Shown in pieces: positions 19,382 through 29,015 of a stretch of 64,000 nt of DNA. Below the pieces are notes generated by a model. That model was not told where the DNA came from. It searched no databases and worked only from the letters and a program-made list of their open reading frames with translations. How positions within the stretch are numbered: position 1 is the stretch's first letter; every line of letters begins with the position of its first letter. Made by a program: the position numbers and the translations under genes. The stretch is from Desulfolunaceae bacterium. GTDB taxonomy: Bacteria > Desulfobacterota > Desulfobacteria > Desulfobacterales > Desulfolunaceae. The stretch lies in the NCBI GenBank assembly GCA_942491485.1, contig CALOAX010000002.1, forward strand, positions 717,821-781,820, in the 5' to 3' direction.

Positions 19382-20914
19382 ATGAACAGAAACACCGGAA
19401 CCGACATGCTCTTTATCTACCCCCCTGCAGCCAAAATCAGTGAACCGCCGGCCGGCATCGCCCGGCTTACAGGAGCATTGAGGCACCATGGAATCTCCAC
19501 AAAAGCTGTGGACATGAGCTTAGAAGGGTTCCAGTATCTTTTTGAACAGGACCTGACAGTCGAGGACCGTTGGAGCAGTCGGGCCGTGAACCGGCGCGAC
19601 ACCAACCGCAAGCTTCTCACCACCCAGTCAGGGTACGGGAACATTGATCGGTACCGCAATGCCGTCCTCGATATCAACAGGGTCTTAAAGGTGGCTTCAG
19701 AAGGGTATGATGCCATTGCCTCCATTGCCAACTACAAGAGCGAAAGCCTCTCACCCCTGAAGAGCGAGGACCTCGTCAAGGCTGCCGACACGCCCGAGTC
19801 CAACGTCTACTTCCCCTACTTTGAAAAGCGGCTCCAGGAGCTTGAGAAAGAGTGCGGGGGCCTCTCCACCGTCGGCATCTCCATGAACTACCTCAACCAG
19901 GCCCTCACCACCTTTGCCATGGTCGGGCACCTGAAAAAGGCTTACCCCCATGTGCGGATTGTCCTTGGGGGTGGCCTCGTCACCTCATGGATGCGGATGC
20001 CCGGGTGGGAAAACCCCTTCAAGGGCATGGTGGACCACATGATCGCCGGAGAAGGCGAGCTAGAGGTCCTGAAACTGTTCGGTATCACACCGGCCCAAAA
20101 GCATTACCTTCCGGACTACGATGATTTCAAGGCTCTCCCCTACCTCGCACCGGGCTTTATCCTCCCTTTTTGCGCCGCAGGGGGCTGCTGGTGGCGCAAG
20201 TGCACCTTCTGCCCGGAACGGGCTGAAAAGAACCCTTACACCCCTGTCTTCACCGATACCGCCGTGGACCAGCTCAACGCCCTTGTGGAGACCCTTAACC
20301 CCATGCTGGTCCACATCGTGGACAACTCCGTGGGGCCTGCCTTCTTAAGAAAGCTTATCGCCAGCGGATTCCGCACCCCCTGGTACGCCTTTGCCCGGGT
20401 CACCCCACACCTCACCGATGAGGACTACTGCCGCGCCTTGAAAGCCTCGGGATGCAAAATGCTCAAACTCGGCATCGAATCAGGGGACGCCGAGGTCCTC
20501 ACGGAAATGAACAAAGGGGTGGAGCTGAACCTGGTGTCACAGGCCCTTAAAACCCTCCACAAGGTGGGCATCAAGACCTATGTCTACCTTCTCTTCGGAA
20601 CCCCGTCCGAAACCGAAGCCGCTGCCCGAAAAACCATGGACTTTGTGGTGGATCACCACGAGATGATCGGTTTCTTAAACCTCTCCGTCTTCAACCTCCC
20701 CTACTTCGCCCCCGAGGCAAAAACCCTCGAAACCAGCACCTTCTACGACGGCGACCTCTCCCTCTACAGCGAGTTCAAACACCCCCTGGGCTGGAACAGG
20801 TCTCTCATCCGGCACTTCCTGGAAAAAGAGTTCAAGAAACACCCCCTCATCGCCCCCATCGTCCACGGCGACCCACCTGTCTTCAACTCCAATCATGCAC
20901 CTTTTTTCCAGTAA
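19382..20914 (+). CDS. Radical SAM protein with B12-binding-type N-terminal domain
   Basis: GCWWRKCTFC (CxxxCxxC), LGIESG, and N-terminal LFIYPP...P.GIA.L...IVLGGG. Start uncertain. Confidence 0.85.
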   Translation: MNRNTGTDMLFIYPPAAKISEPPAGIARLTGALRHHGISTKAVDMSLEGFQYLFEQDLTVEDRWSSRAVNRRDTNRKLLTTQSGYGNIDRYRNAVLDINRVLKVASEGYDAIASIANYKSESLSPLKSEDLVKAADTPESNVYFPYFEKRLQELEKECGGLSTVGISMNYLNQALTTFAMVGHLKKAYPHVRIVLGGGLVTSWMRMPGWENPFKGMVDHMIAGEGELEVLKLFGITPAQKHYLPDYDDFKALPYLAPGFILPFCAAGGCWWRKCTFCPERAEKNPYTPVFTDTAVDQLNALVETLNPMLVHIVDNSVGPAFLRKLIASGFRTPWYAFARVTPHLTDEDYCRALKASGCKMLKLGIESGDAEVLTEMNKGVELNLVSQALKTLHKVGIKTYVYLLFGTPSETEAAARKTMDFVVDHHEMIGFLNLSVFNLPYFAPEAKTLETSTFYDGDLSLYSEFKHPLGWNRSLIRHFLEKEFKKHPLIAPIVHGDPPVFNSNHAPFFQ

Positions 20915-20928
20915 AAAAGTTCATAATG

Positions 20929-21333
20929 GCCTCCGGCGGCAAGGTGGGGCACCTTGAAACCTTATGGCGAATGCATGAGCGTTATTGGGATGCCTACTTT
21001 TTCGGGGCATTCGCACGAAGGGTGACGTGGGGCTACTACCGCCGCAGGAGATGCCGCTTTCATTAATCATTAAGAAGCCCATGCCTTCGAAGCTTGTGAC
21101 GTTTTTTTTTGCGCCAACAACCAGCACTGGAGGCGAGCGCAGTCCGCGGTGAACGCTCTTGTGCTTTTTCCCGAGGCACGAGGGACAAAGCGCAAGAGCA
21201 ATCAGCTTTCGACCCGTCTACGCCTTTGAATCCACCATGGCAAGGGTGACTCCATCACCGTCCTGCAGACGATGAGCGCAGCGAATCGGATGCAACCTGG
21301 GGTCCAGGGGATCATCCCCTGGCCGCCGGAGGC
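20929..21333. repeat. Long TGCCTCCGG-family doublet
   Basis: Inverted GCCTCCGGCGGC ends, several internal modules, and GGGGTCCAGGGGATCATCCCCTGG. Confidence 0.85.
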
Positions 21334-21341
21334 GACGCTTT

Positions 21342-22817
21342 TCATTCCCTTTCCAGAAACCCATCTATATGCTTTTTGGCGGTGCGCCGGTCAAGGCCTG
21401 TTTTGCGGGCCACTTCGCCGATGTTGTGGCATTGGGTCCAGAGGTGGTGGCAATAGGCTTGAAGAAGCTCGGTGGCGGTGAGCTGGCCTTGGGCCATGGG
21501 TTGGGCAAAGTCGGGCATATCGAGATCGGGGGTGGTGGCATGGGTGGTGTAGCGGCGCTTGAGAAGGACACGCCGGACGCATTGGGCCAATTCCCGCACG
21601 TTACCTGGCCAGGGGTACCCCTGGCCGGGGTCTTTTCGAATCGTGGCGGTGACCATGGCGGCAAGGGCAGGGGCGGATTTTCCGAGGATGCGGGTCACGG
21701 TGAAATCCACGAGGGCCTGTAGTTCGTCGGGGGTCTCCTTCAGCCGGGTGCGGAGGGGCGGCATGACGATGAGGTCTGAGCAGAGTCGATAGAAGAGGTC
21801 TTCGCGCATGCGGCCATGGCTGATCAGCTCTTCTGCGGGCCGGTTGGTGGCGGCGATGATCCGTCCTGAAAACCGTTTTTCCCTTCGACTTCCCACGGGG
21901 CTGTAGGTGCGTTCTTCCAGCACCTTGAGGAGCTTGATCTGAAGGCCCGGGCTCACCTCCCCAATCTCATCGAGGAAAATGGCACCGTGGGGGCTGCACG
22001 ATCCCAGGATCCCCTCGTGGTCTTTCACAGCACCGGTAAAGGCCCCTTTGATGTGACCAAAAAGCTCGGATTCCACCAGGGTTTCGGAGAACTGAGAGAG
22101 GTTGACGGAGACAAAAGAAGCGGTAAAGCTCTCGGCAAAGCTCTTTGTTCCGGGATCAAAGGGAATGAACCCTGAACGCCCGATGGCTTGAGCGGCACTC
22201 CCCTTGCCGGCCCCGGTCTCTCCGAGGAGCAGGGTGGAGAAATCTTCCATGCGGCTCACCAGCCATGACTCATACAAGTTGATGTCACTGGTGAAGACGT
22301 TGTTCCACAGGTCCTCACGCAGTGCCACCATGGAGGGGCTGTGGCCGGGAAGACCCCGGTCGATGAAATAAAACGCCCTTCGAACCTGAAAGCTCAAGGC
22401 GAAAAAGCGCAGGGCCTCTTCCCTGGAAAAACCCGCACGCTCCAAGGTGCCCAATGCCTCCCCGGCAAAGGGAACGGAAAGGGGCTTGGCACCCTCCGCC
22501 ACCTGGGCGAGAATATGGGCGTCGAAGTCAGCCATGTGGCGATGAAAAAGGTCGAAAAGATAGGCGTACTTCAGAAGCTCCCGGTCACCCTCGGCATACC
22601 CGGTCAGCGCCCCCCGCCCCTCCTCTTTGAGCTTCGCCATCCGAGTGGCCACGTCCTCGATGGTCCGCACCAGGGGCTCCCCCTCGCCCCCGTCACCATA
22701 AAACCCCGCAATGCGCCTGTTAATGGCGTGCCGTTCCGCGCTGAAGGGGTTCGCCCGCACCGCATCCCGCACAAGTAAAAAGAATTGCCGCTCTTCTTCG
22801 GTCAGCCTGTGGATCAT
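21342..22817 (-). CDS. sigma54-dependent enhancer-binding protein with unrecognised N-terminal domain
   Basis: GETGAGK, ESELFGHIKGAFTGA, FLDEIGE, WPGNVREL and a C-terminal HTH. Start trimmed to MIHRL. Confidence 0.9.
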   Translation of the reverse strand: MIHRLTEEERQFFLLVRDAVRANPFSAERHAINRRIAGFYGDGGEGEPLVRTIEDVATRMAKLKEEGRGALTGYAEGDRELLKYAYLFDLFHRHMADFDAHILAQVAEGAKPLSVPFAGEALGTLERAGFSREEALRFFALSFQVRRAFYFIDRGLPGHSPSMVALREDLWNNVFTSDINLYESWLVSRMEDFSTLLLGETGAGKGSAAQAIGRSGFIPFDPGTKSFAESFTASFVSVNLSQFSETLVESELFGHIKGAFTGAVKDHEGILGSCSPHGAIFLDEIGEVSPGLQIKLLKVLEERTYSPVGSRREKRFSGRIIAATNRPAEELISHGRMREDLFYRLCSDLIVMPPLRTRLKETPDELQALVDFTVTRILGKSAPALAAMVTATIRKDPGQGYPWPGNVRELAQCVRRVLLKRRYTTHATTPDLDMPDFAQPMAQGQLTATELLQAYCHHLWTQCHNIGEVARKTGLDRRTAKKHIDGFLERE

Positions 22818-22890
22818 GGTTGCGTTCCTTTTTTGGTTAAAAAGCTGCCTTCTATAGCCAAGCCAACCACAGAAGAAAAGCCAAAAGCGT

Positions 22891-23008
22891 TGCCTCCGGC
22901 GGCGAGGTGAGCCACCTCGAAAGCGGGTTGCGGTTGCACTTGTCGCCTCGTTCCTCGGCTCCAATTGCAACCGCGTTCGCCGCGGGCTGCGCCCGCCTCC
23001 AATGCTGG
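22891..23008 (+). repeat. TGCCTCCGG-family arm
   Basis: Same architecture as the 14797 copy with different, compensating stem sequence. Confidence 0.85.
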
Positions 23009-23249
23009 AGATTTTTCAAATGTTACCACAAGCTTCGGAAAACTGTGGATACGTTGTCGTAACTCAAACGGAATCGGCTTCAACCTTGGTGAATTTGGAG
23101 CGCCGCACTCCCGTGCGGCATCTGCAGCAACAAGGAGCGATGCCATAACAGTGTTCGGCGAACCTGTAGCCGATGCTCTTCCAAAGAAGCCTTCGCCATT
23201 AGCCATTCGCCCTGTTTTATATCAAGCGAAGCGACTCCCCGACCTATAA

Positions 23250-23382
23250 GGGCCTCGCTGTAAAATAATTATACAGCGACCGTTACCGGGCGTTTTCACA
23301 ATGCTGAACGTTCCAACGTTCATTTTTAAAGCCTACGGTGCTGGCCATACAGAACGTGTATAATTAAATAGTGGCGAGGCCC
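23250..23382. mobile_element. 133-bp MITE with TAA target duplication
   Basis: 25-bp imperfect TIRs GGGCCTCGC-N7-TAATTATAC (19/25 match); TAA on both flanks. Confidence 0.72.
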
Positions 23383-23547
23383 TAACCTATTGCCTATGAC
23401 CTGACTTACCCGCCCATCTTTTGCCTATTATGTATACATCATTATCATAATATGTATAGCACCTTCAACGCACATCACACCCAAACAAACAACCACAACC
23501 CCACTTAACCCATGAAATTCAAGCCATTCCAACCCACCAACACCCTT

Positions 23548-23563
23548 TGGCACGCCTCTTGAT
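23548..23563 (+). promoter_or_regulatory. sigma54 (-24/-12) promoter
   Basis: TGGCACGCCTCTTGAT (GA instead of GC at -12), upstream of the MFS-acyltransferase and divergent from the EBP gene. Confidence 0.65.
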
Positions 23564-23647
23564 ATAAACAGAAACAGGAAAACACCCGGTGAAAAGCACC
23601 CCACTGTGGTATGCATAGAGTTCAATCAGGCACCCAAGGAGACACCG

Positions 23648-25525
23648 ATGCAGAAAAACCAACACGCCCCCTCAAGCCTTCTGAAGACCCGGCGTTTCGC
23701 CCCCTTCTTCTGGACCCAGTTCGCAGGGGCCTTCAACGACAACCTCTTTAAAAACGTCCTTATGCTGCTCCTGGCCTTCAGGGCGGCTCAGCCCGGCCAG
23801 ACCGACATTCTTATGAACCTTGCCGCAGGGCTCTTTATTCTTCCTTTCTTCCTCTTCTCCTCCCTTGCCGGACAGATCGCCGACAAGTATGAAAAAGGAC
23901 GCCTGATCCGCATGGTCAAGATAGCGGAGATCGGCATCATGGGCGCAGGGGCCGCAGCTCTCATGATGGGAAGCACCGCATCCCTTCTCGCCCTCCTCTT
24001 TCTCATGGGCACGCAGTCCGCCTTCTTCGGCCCGGTAAAATACAGCATCATGCCCCAGCACCTGGAGGAATCTGAAATCATCGGCGGAAACGCCCTCGTC
24101 GAAATGGGCACCTTTGTGGCCATTCTCGCCGGTACCATCGTCGGGGGCATCCTGACCCAGGTACCCACCATCTTTCCCGCCATCGCCGTCATCGCCACCG
24201 CCATAGCCGGCTGGCTTGTCAGCCGAAAGATCCCCGAGGCCCCGGCCGCCAGTCCGAACCTCGTCATCAACTGGAACATCCTCAGCCAGACCGCCCGCAC
24301 CTTAAGCTACGCAAAAAAAGAGAAGACCGTTTTCCTCTCCATCCTCGGTATCTCCTGGTTCTGGTTCCTTGGCGCCTGCTACGTCACCCAGATCCCCGCC
24401 TGGACAAAAAACGTCCTCCACAGCACCGAAGGGGTGGCCACCCTGCTCCTGGCCATGTTTTCCATTGGCATCGGTGCCGGATCCATGCTCTGCGAGTACC
24501 TCTCCGGTAAAAAGGTGGAGTACGGCCTTGTCCCCATCGGCTCCCTGGGCCTCAGCATCTTCGGCATCCATCTGGCCCTGAACGGTGCCCTGGCGGCCCC
24601 TGAAATGCCCCATTCCCTCTTCGGGTTCCTTGCGGCCAAGGGAAGCATACCGATTCTCATCGATCTTATCCTCATCGGCATCTTCGGCGGCCTTTACATC
24701 GTCCCCCTCTTTGCCATTGTCCAGACCCGCAGCGAGGAGAGCCACCGATCCCGCATCATCGCCGCCAACAACATCTTAAACGCCTTTTTCATGGTGGGTG
24801 CCGCCATTCTGGGTGCCGTCTTCCTCGGCCCTTTAGGCCTCTCCATCCCGGCCCTGTTCCTCACCATCACCCTCATGAACATCGCCGTGGCCGTTTACAT
24901 CTACACCCTGGTCCCTGAGTTCACCATGCGCTGCCTCGTCTGGGTCATCACCCACCTCTTCTACCGCATCAACCACGAAAACCTGGAGAAGATCCCATCT
25001 GAAGGCCCTGCTGTCATCGTCTGCAACCACGTCAGCTACATGGACGCCCTCATCATCGGTAGCTGCTGCCGGCGCCCCGTGCGGTTCGTCATGGACAAAG
25101 GCATCTTCGGCATCCCGGTTCTCAACTTTATCTTCCGCACCGGCAAAACCATTCCCATCACCTCCAGGCGGAAAGATCCGGAGACGTATAACAATGCCTT
25201 CGACCGCATCGCCGAAGAGCTCGAAAACGGCGAGATCGTCTGCATCTTCCCCGAAGGCAAGCTCACCCGGGACGGTGATATCGACATCTTTAAAAGCGGC
25301 ATCGAAAAGATCATCGAGCGCACCCCGGCACCTGTCATCCCCACCGCCCTCAAAGGCCTCTGGGGAAGCTTCTTCAGCCACAAAGACGGCACCGCCCTTG
25401 TCAAGCGCCCCAGGCGCCTCTACTCCAAAATCCACTTCACCGTGGGCGATGCCGTGGCACCGGAACACGCCACCGCCGATGGCCTGCACAGCCTGGTCCT
25501 GGACCTGAGGGGCGATCACGCTTAG
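23648..25525 (+). CDS. MFS (LplT-like)-PlsC acyltransferase fusion
   Basis: FFWTQFAGAFNDNLFKN MFS N-terminus; C-terminal NHVSYMD and IFPEG acyltransferase motifs. Confidence 0.92.
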   Translation: MQKNQHAPSSLLKTRRFAPFFWTQFAGAFNDNLFKNVLMLLLAFRAAQPGQTDILMNLAAGLFILPFFLFSSLAGQIADKYEKGRLIRMVKIAEIGIMGAGAAALMMGSTASLLALLFLMGTQSAFFGPVKYSIMPQHLEESEIIGGNALVEMGTFVAILAGTIVGGILTQVPTIFPAIAVIATAIAGWLVSRKIPEAPAASPNLVINWNILSQTARTLSYAKKEKTVFLSILGISWFWFLGACYVTQIPAWTKNVLHSTEGVATLLLAMFSIGIGAGSMLCEYLSGKKVEYGLVPIGSLGLSIFGIHLALNGALAAPEMPHSLFGFLAAKGSIPILIDLILIGIFGGLYIVPLFAIVQTRSEESHRSRIIAANNILNAFFMVGAAILGAVFLGPLGLSIPALFLTITLMNIAVAVYIYTLVPEFTMRCLVWVITHLFYRINHENLEKIPSEGPAVIVCNHVSYMDALIIGSCCRRPVRFVMDKGIFGIPVLNFIFRTGKTIPITSRRKDPETYNNAFDRIAEELENGEIVCIFPEGKLTRDGDIDIFKSGIEKIIERTPAPVIPTALKGLWGSFFSHKDGTALVKRPRRLYSKIHFTVGDAVAPEHATADGLHSLVLDLRGDHA

Positions 25526-25542
25526 AACTGAGAAAAAAACAA

Positions 25543-25730
25543 GCCTCCGGCGGCGAGGTGAGCCACCTCGAAAGCTTATTGCCGTTGCGTTTTAGCCCTC
25601 GTTCCTCAGGCCAATCACAACGGCTTTTCGGTTTACGCGCAATGGGTACAGCCCATAAACCCCAAATTTACGAATGCTCTCAGACCTCACTCCTCGGGCT
25701 GAGAGCATTCCCTGACAGGCTTCGCCCGTG
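25543..25730 (+). repeat. TGCCTCCGG-family composite arm
   Basis: GCCTCCGGCGGCGAGGTGAGCCACCTCGAAAGC plus two CCTC..CCTC stem modules. Confidence 0.8.
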
Positions 25731-25982
25731 ATTAAGTTCAAGGCCGTAGGCCCCGTACCAGTCCACTTGGCGCCCCCATCCAATCACCTGTAACCTATCC
25801 CCCATGGCCCTCACCTCCTTCCCCCTAAGAACCAAGAACAACGAACAAATTTCAAATCCACTGGCAGAATCCCGCCAAATATGTTTTCTTAAGAGTATCG
25901 GAAGCAAATGAACCCCTCAGGCCGGTACAGTCCGGCAGAAAGGCCGTGCTTCCATAACCCATCAACAAAAAAGCACCCACGC

Positions 25983-27005
25983 ATGATTGACAGTATAACC
26001 TGGGCGGGCATCATCTTCTGTATCTCACAGTCCGCCATCTTTTCAGGTCTCAACCTCGCCTTTTTCAGTGTCAGCAAAATCCGTCTGGAAATCGAAGCAT
26101 CCCAGGGCAACAAACACGCCTCCCGGGTCATGAAGCTTCGCAAGGACTCCAACTTCCTGCTCACCACCATCCTCTGGGGCAACGTCAGCATCAACGTGCT
26201 GCTGGCCCTGTTGGCCAACTCCGTCATGACCGGCCTCACCGCCTTTCTCTTCTCGACGGTTCTCATCACATTTTTAGGGGAGATCATCCCCCAGGCTTAT
26301 TTCTCCCGGCACGCCCTGAAAATGGCCTACTGGTTCACCCCCCTTCTGCGCCTCTACCAGGGCATCCTCTTCGTTGTGGCCAAGCCCACCGCCATCATGC
26401 TGGATCAGTGGCTCGGCAAGGAGTCCTTCCACTACATGCGTGAGCGCGATATGCAGCAGCTCATCACCATGCACATGAAGTCGGACCAGTCGGATATCGA
26501 TGCCGTTGAAGGCAAAGGCGCCATTAACTTCCTGGCACTTGACGACATTCCCCTCTCCAAGGAAGGCGAATTCATCGACCCCCAGAGCGTTATTCACCTG
26601 CCCTTTAAAAACAACGCGCCCCTCTTCCCCGCATCGGGCACCTCAGAATTCGAAGCGCTCATCAACCAGATCGAGTCCTCGGGAAAAAAGTGGATCATCC
26701 TCATTGATGATATCGGGTACCCCAAGCTGGCCCTCAACTCGGACAGCTTTCTTCGAAGCGTCCTGTTCAACACCGGGCCCATCCACCCCATGGCCCACTG
26801 CCACCGCCCCATCATCACCACGGACGGTAACATACCCTTAGGGTCCGTGCTGCCCAAGCTGCAGGTCCACCCGGAACGTTCCGATGACGACGTCATCGAC
26901 GACGACCTGATTATCCTGTGGGGAAAGACAAAAAAAGTGATCACCGGAGCCGACATCCTGGGACGGCTCTTGCGCGGCATCGTGGATCGTCCGAACATGT
27001 CGTAA
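25983..27005 (+). CDS. CNNM/DUF21 transmembrane protein
   Basis: SAIFSGLNLAFFS, LLTTILWGNVSINV and GEIIPQA. Start trimmed to MIDSI. Confidence 0.88.
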   Translation: MIDSITWAGIIFCISQSAIFSGLNLAFFSVSKIRLEIEASQGNKHASRVMKLRKDSNFLLTTILWGNVSINVLLALLANSVMTGLTAFLFSTVLITFLGEIIPQAYFSRHALKMAYWFTPLLRLYQGILFVVAKPTAIMLDQWLGKESFHYMRERDMQQLITMHMKSDQSDIDAVEGKGAINFLALDDIPLSKEGEFIDPQSVIHLPFKNNAPLFPASGTSEFEALINQIESSGKKWIILIDDIGYPKLALNSDSFLRSVLFNTGPIHPMAHCHRPIITTDGNIPLGSVLPKLQVHPERSDDDVIDDDLIILWGKTKKVITGADILGRLLRGIVDRPNMS

Positions 27006-27174
27006 CGCAATCATTTTTTTTCAGTATTCAGCGTATGCCGTCCCCAACCACTCTGAATGAGGCAAACCTTGGCCTGCTCTATAAGGTGGTCGGTTTGCCG
27101 CCGACGGCTTTTTTTTGAGGGGGGAGGGAGGGGGAATCTGACTCGTTACGTTTTTTTACCCTTGAGGAGGAACC

Positions 27175-28146
27175 ATGAGCCAGCAAGGACTTATCACAGC
27201 ATTCATCTTGGACGGCAAGGGCGGTGGCCAGAGTGTAGGCTGGGACGGAATCCGAACCTGGAAGCCCGCGCAGGGAACGCTCTGGGTTCACCTCAACTAC
27301 AAGGAAAAAGAAAGCTACAGATGGATTTTTGAAGAGAGCGGACTTCCCCTCATCGGTGCCGAGGCCCTGGTAAGCGAAGAGACGCGCCCCAGAACCACCG
27401 TGATAGGAAACGCAGCCCTGCTGGCCCTGAGGGGAGTCAATCTCAACCCCAATGCCGAGCCAGAAGACATGGTGGCCCTTCGAATCTGGGTCACGCCGGA
27501 ACGAATCATCACCAGCCGTGAACGGTCATTGCAATCTGCAACCGACATTGCCCGACTTATTGAGGAGGGGGTGGGGCCGGGCTCCGCCGGTGATTTTCTC
27601 GTAGAGCTCATCAACCATCTTACGCTACGTATCGAGACGCCCATTGAGGAAGCCGAAGAGAAGGTCGATGAGCTCGAAGAGGATGTGGTGACCACCTCCA
27701 GCAAAGATATCCGATACACCATCCGAGATATCCGTCGTAGCGCCATCCTTCTCAGGCGCTACCTCGCACCCCAGCGGGAGGCTATGATAAAGCTCTCCAC
27801 AGAAAAAATCCCCTGGTTCACCGACCTCCAACGCCTCCACCTTCGAGAAGCCACCGACAGCCTCATTCGCCACATCGAAGACCTGGATGCCGTCCGGGAC
27901 AGGGCTGCCATCATCCAAGAGGAACTCATCAGCCGCAACTCAGAGCAGATGAACCAACGCATGTACGTGCTCTCCCTCGTCGCCGCCGTTTTTCTCCCCT
28001 TGGGATTTCTCACAGGACTTCTCGGGATCAATATTGGAGGCATCCCAGGTGCCGACAACCCATGGGCCTTCTTCATCTTTCTCCTTATAATCGCCGTAAT
28101 CATCCTGCTTCAGCTTCTCTATTTCAAAAAGCGCAAATGGCTCTAA
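27175..28146 (+). CDS. zntB: CorA-superfamily zinc transporter ZntB
   Basis: LRGVNLNPNAEPEDMVALRIW and FLTGLLGINIGGIPG (GIN motif). Confidence 0.9.
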   Translation: MSQQGLITAFILDGKGGGQSVGWDGIRTWKPAQGTLWVHLNYKEKESYRWIFEESGLPLIGAEALVSEETRPRTTVIGNAALLALRGVNLNPNAEPEDMVALRIWVTPERIITSRERSLQSATDIARLIEEGVGPGSAGDFLVELINHLTLRIETPIEEAEEKVDELEEDVVTTSSKDIRYTIRDIRRSAILLRRYLAPQREAMIKLSTEKIPWFTDLQRLHLREATDSLIRHIEDLDAVRDRAAIIQEELISRNSEQMNQRMYVLSLVAAVFLPLGFLTGLLGINIGGIPGADNPWAFFIFLLIIAVIILLQLLYFKKRKWL

Positions 28147-28172
28147 TTCCACCATTCTGAAAAAGAGACCCC

Positions 28173-28862
28173 ATGCCAGAAAACAAAAATCAAACCATGC
28201 GATTCGGCATCGTCGCCCTAATCCTCATCGGGGCCGTAACCGCACTCAACTTCAGCTTTGACGCCCTCTCCTGGAGAGAGGATTTCGGCCAGATGGTCTA
28301 CGGAATCCTCATGCTCCTCTTTGCCAGTTCAGCCCTGGCGTTCGGAGACATGGGAGAAAAGATGAAACACCTTCTCATCTGGGCCATGATTTTTGTTGTG
28401 GGGATGATCGGATACAGCTACCGTCATGAGCTCTCCTCAGTGAAGGAGAAGGTCCTGGCGGAACTGATCCCGGGCAGGGGTGTCCAAAACGGGCTCAGTT
28501 CGGCACGGTTTCCGGTTTCCGACAACGGCCACTTCTATATCCGGGCAAGGGTGAACGGAAAAGCCATCCTCTTTCTTGCCGACACCGGGGCAACCAGCAT
28601 CGTTCTCACGCCAAAAGACGCCATAAAGCTGGGATACAACCCATCCACACTCACCTTTGACCGCTTCTTCCAGACAGCCAACGGCATGGTCCGGGGCAGC
28701 TCGATAAGGCTGGACTCATTTCAGGTGGGTGACTTTCGATTGAGGGATATCGGCGCCTCGGTGAACGAAGCGGATATGGGGGAATCCCTCCTCGGCATGG
28801 CCTTCTTCGAAAAGCTGGAACGCTACGAGGTCAAAGGGGATGTGTTGACGTTGTATTGGTGA
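28173..28862 (+). CDS. Membrane-anchored clan AA aspartic protease (TIGR02281-like)
   Basis: NGHFY, FLADTGAT, TANG and SLLGM. Confidence 0.9.
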   Translation: MPENKNQTMRFGIVALILIGAVTALNFSFDALSWREDFGQMVYGILMLLFASSALAFGDMGEKMKHLLIWAMIFVVGMIGYSYRHELSSVKEKVLAELIPGRGVQNGLSSARFPVSDNGHFYIRARVNGKAILFLADTGATSIVLTPKDAIKLGYNPSTLTFDRFFQTANGMVRGSSIRLDSFQVGDFRLRDIGASVNEADMGESLLGMAFFEKLERYEVKGDVLTLYW

Positions 28863-28867
28863 GAAGT

Positions 28868-29000
28868 TAAAGGCTAAAGGCTAAAGGCTAAAGGCTAAAG
28901 GCTAAAGGCTAAAGGCTAAAGGCTAAAGGCTAAAGGCTAAAGGCTAAAGGCTAAAGGCTAAAGGCTAAAGGCTAAAGGCTAAAGGCTAAAGGCTAAAGGC
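28868..29000. repeat. Perfect heptanucleotide microsatellite (TAAAGGC)19
   Basis: 133 bp = 19 x 7. Confidence 0.97.
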
Positions 29001-29015
29001 GTGTGACCATATTCA

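Noticed and set aside
23097-23120. GGAG-tagged REP-like hairpin GGAGCGCCGCACTCCCGTGCGGCA
   Set aside because: Only one copy seen in the window, so it cannot be called a repeat family.
27037-27116. Metal or c-di-GMP riboswitch before zntB
   Set aside because: Stems exist (GGCAAACC/GGTTTGCC, GCCGTC/GACGGC plus a T run), but the conserved cores of M-box, NiCo, yybP or c-di-GMP-I aptamers are absent. More simply, a terminator of the upstream gene.
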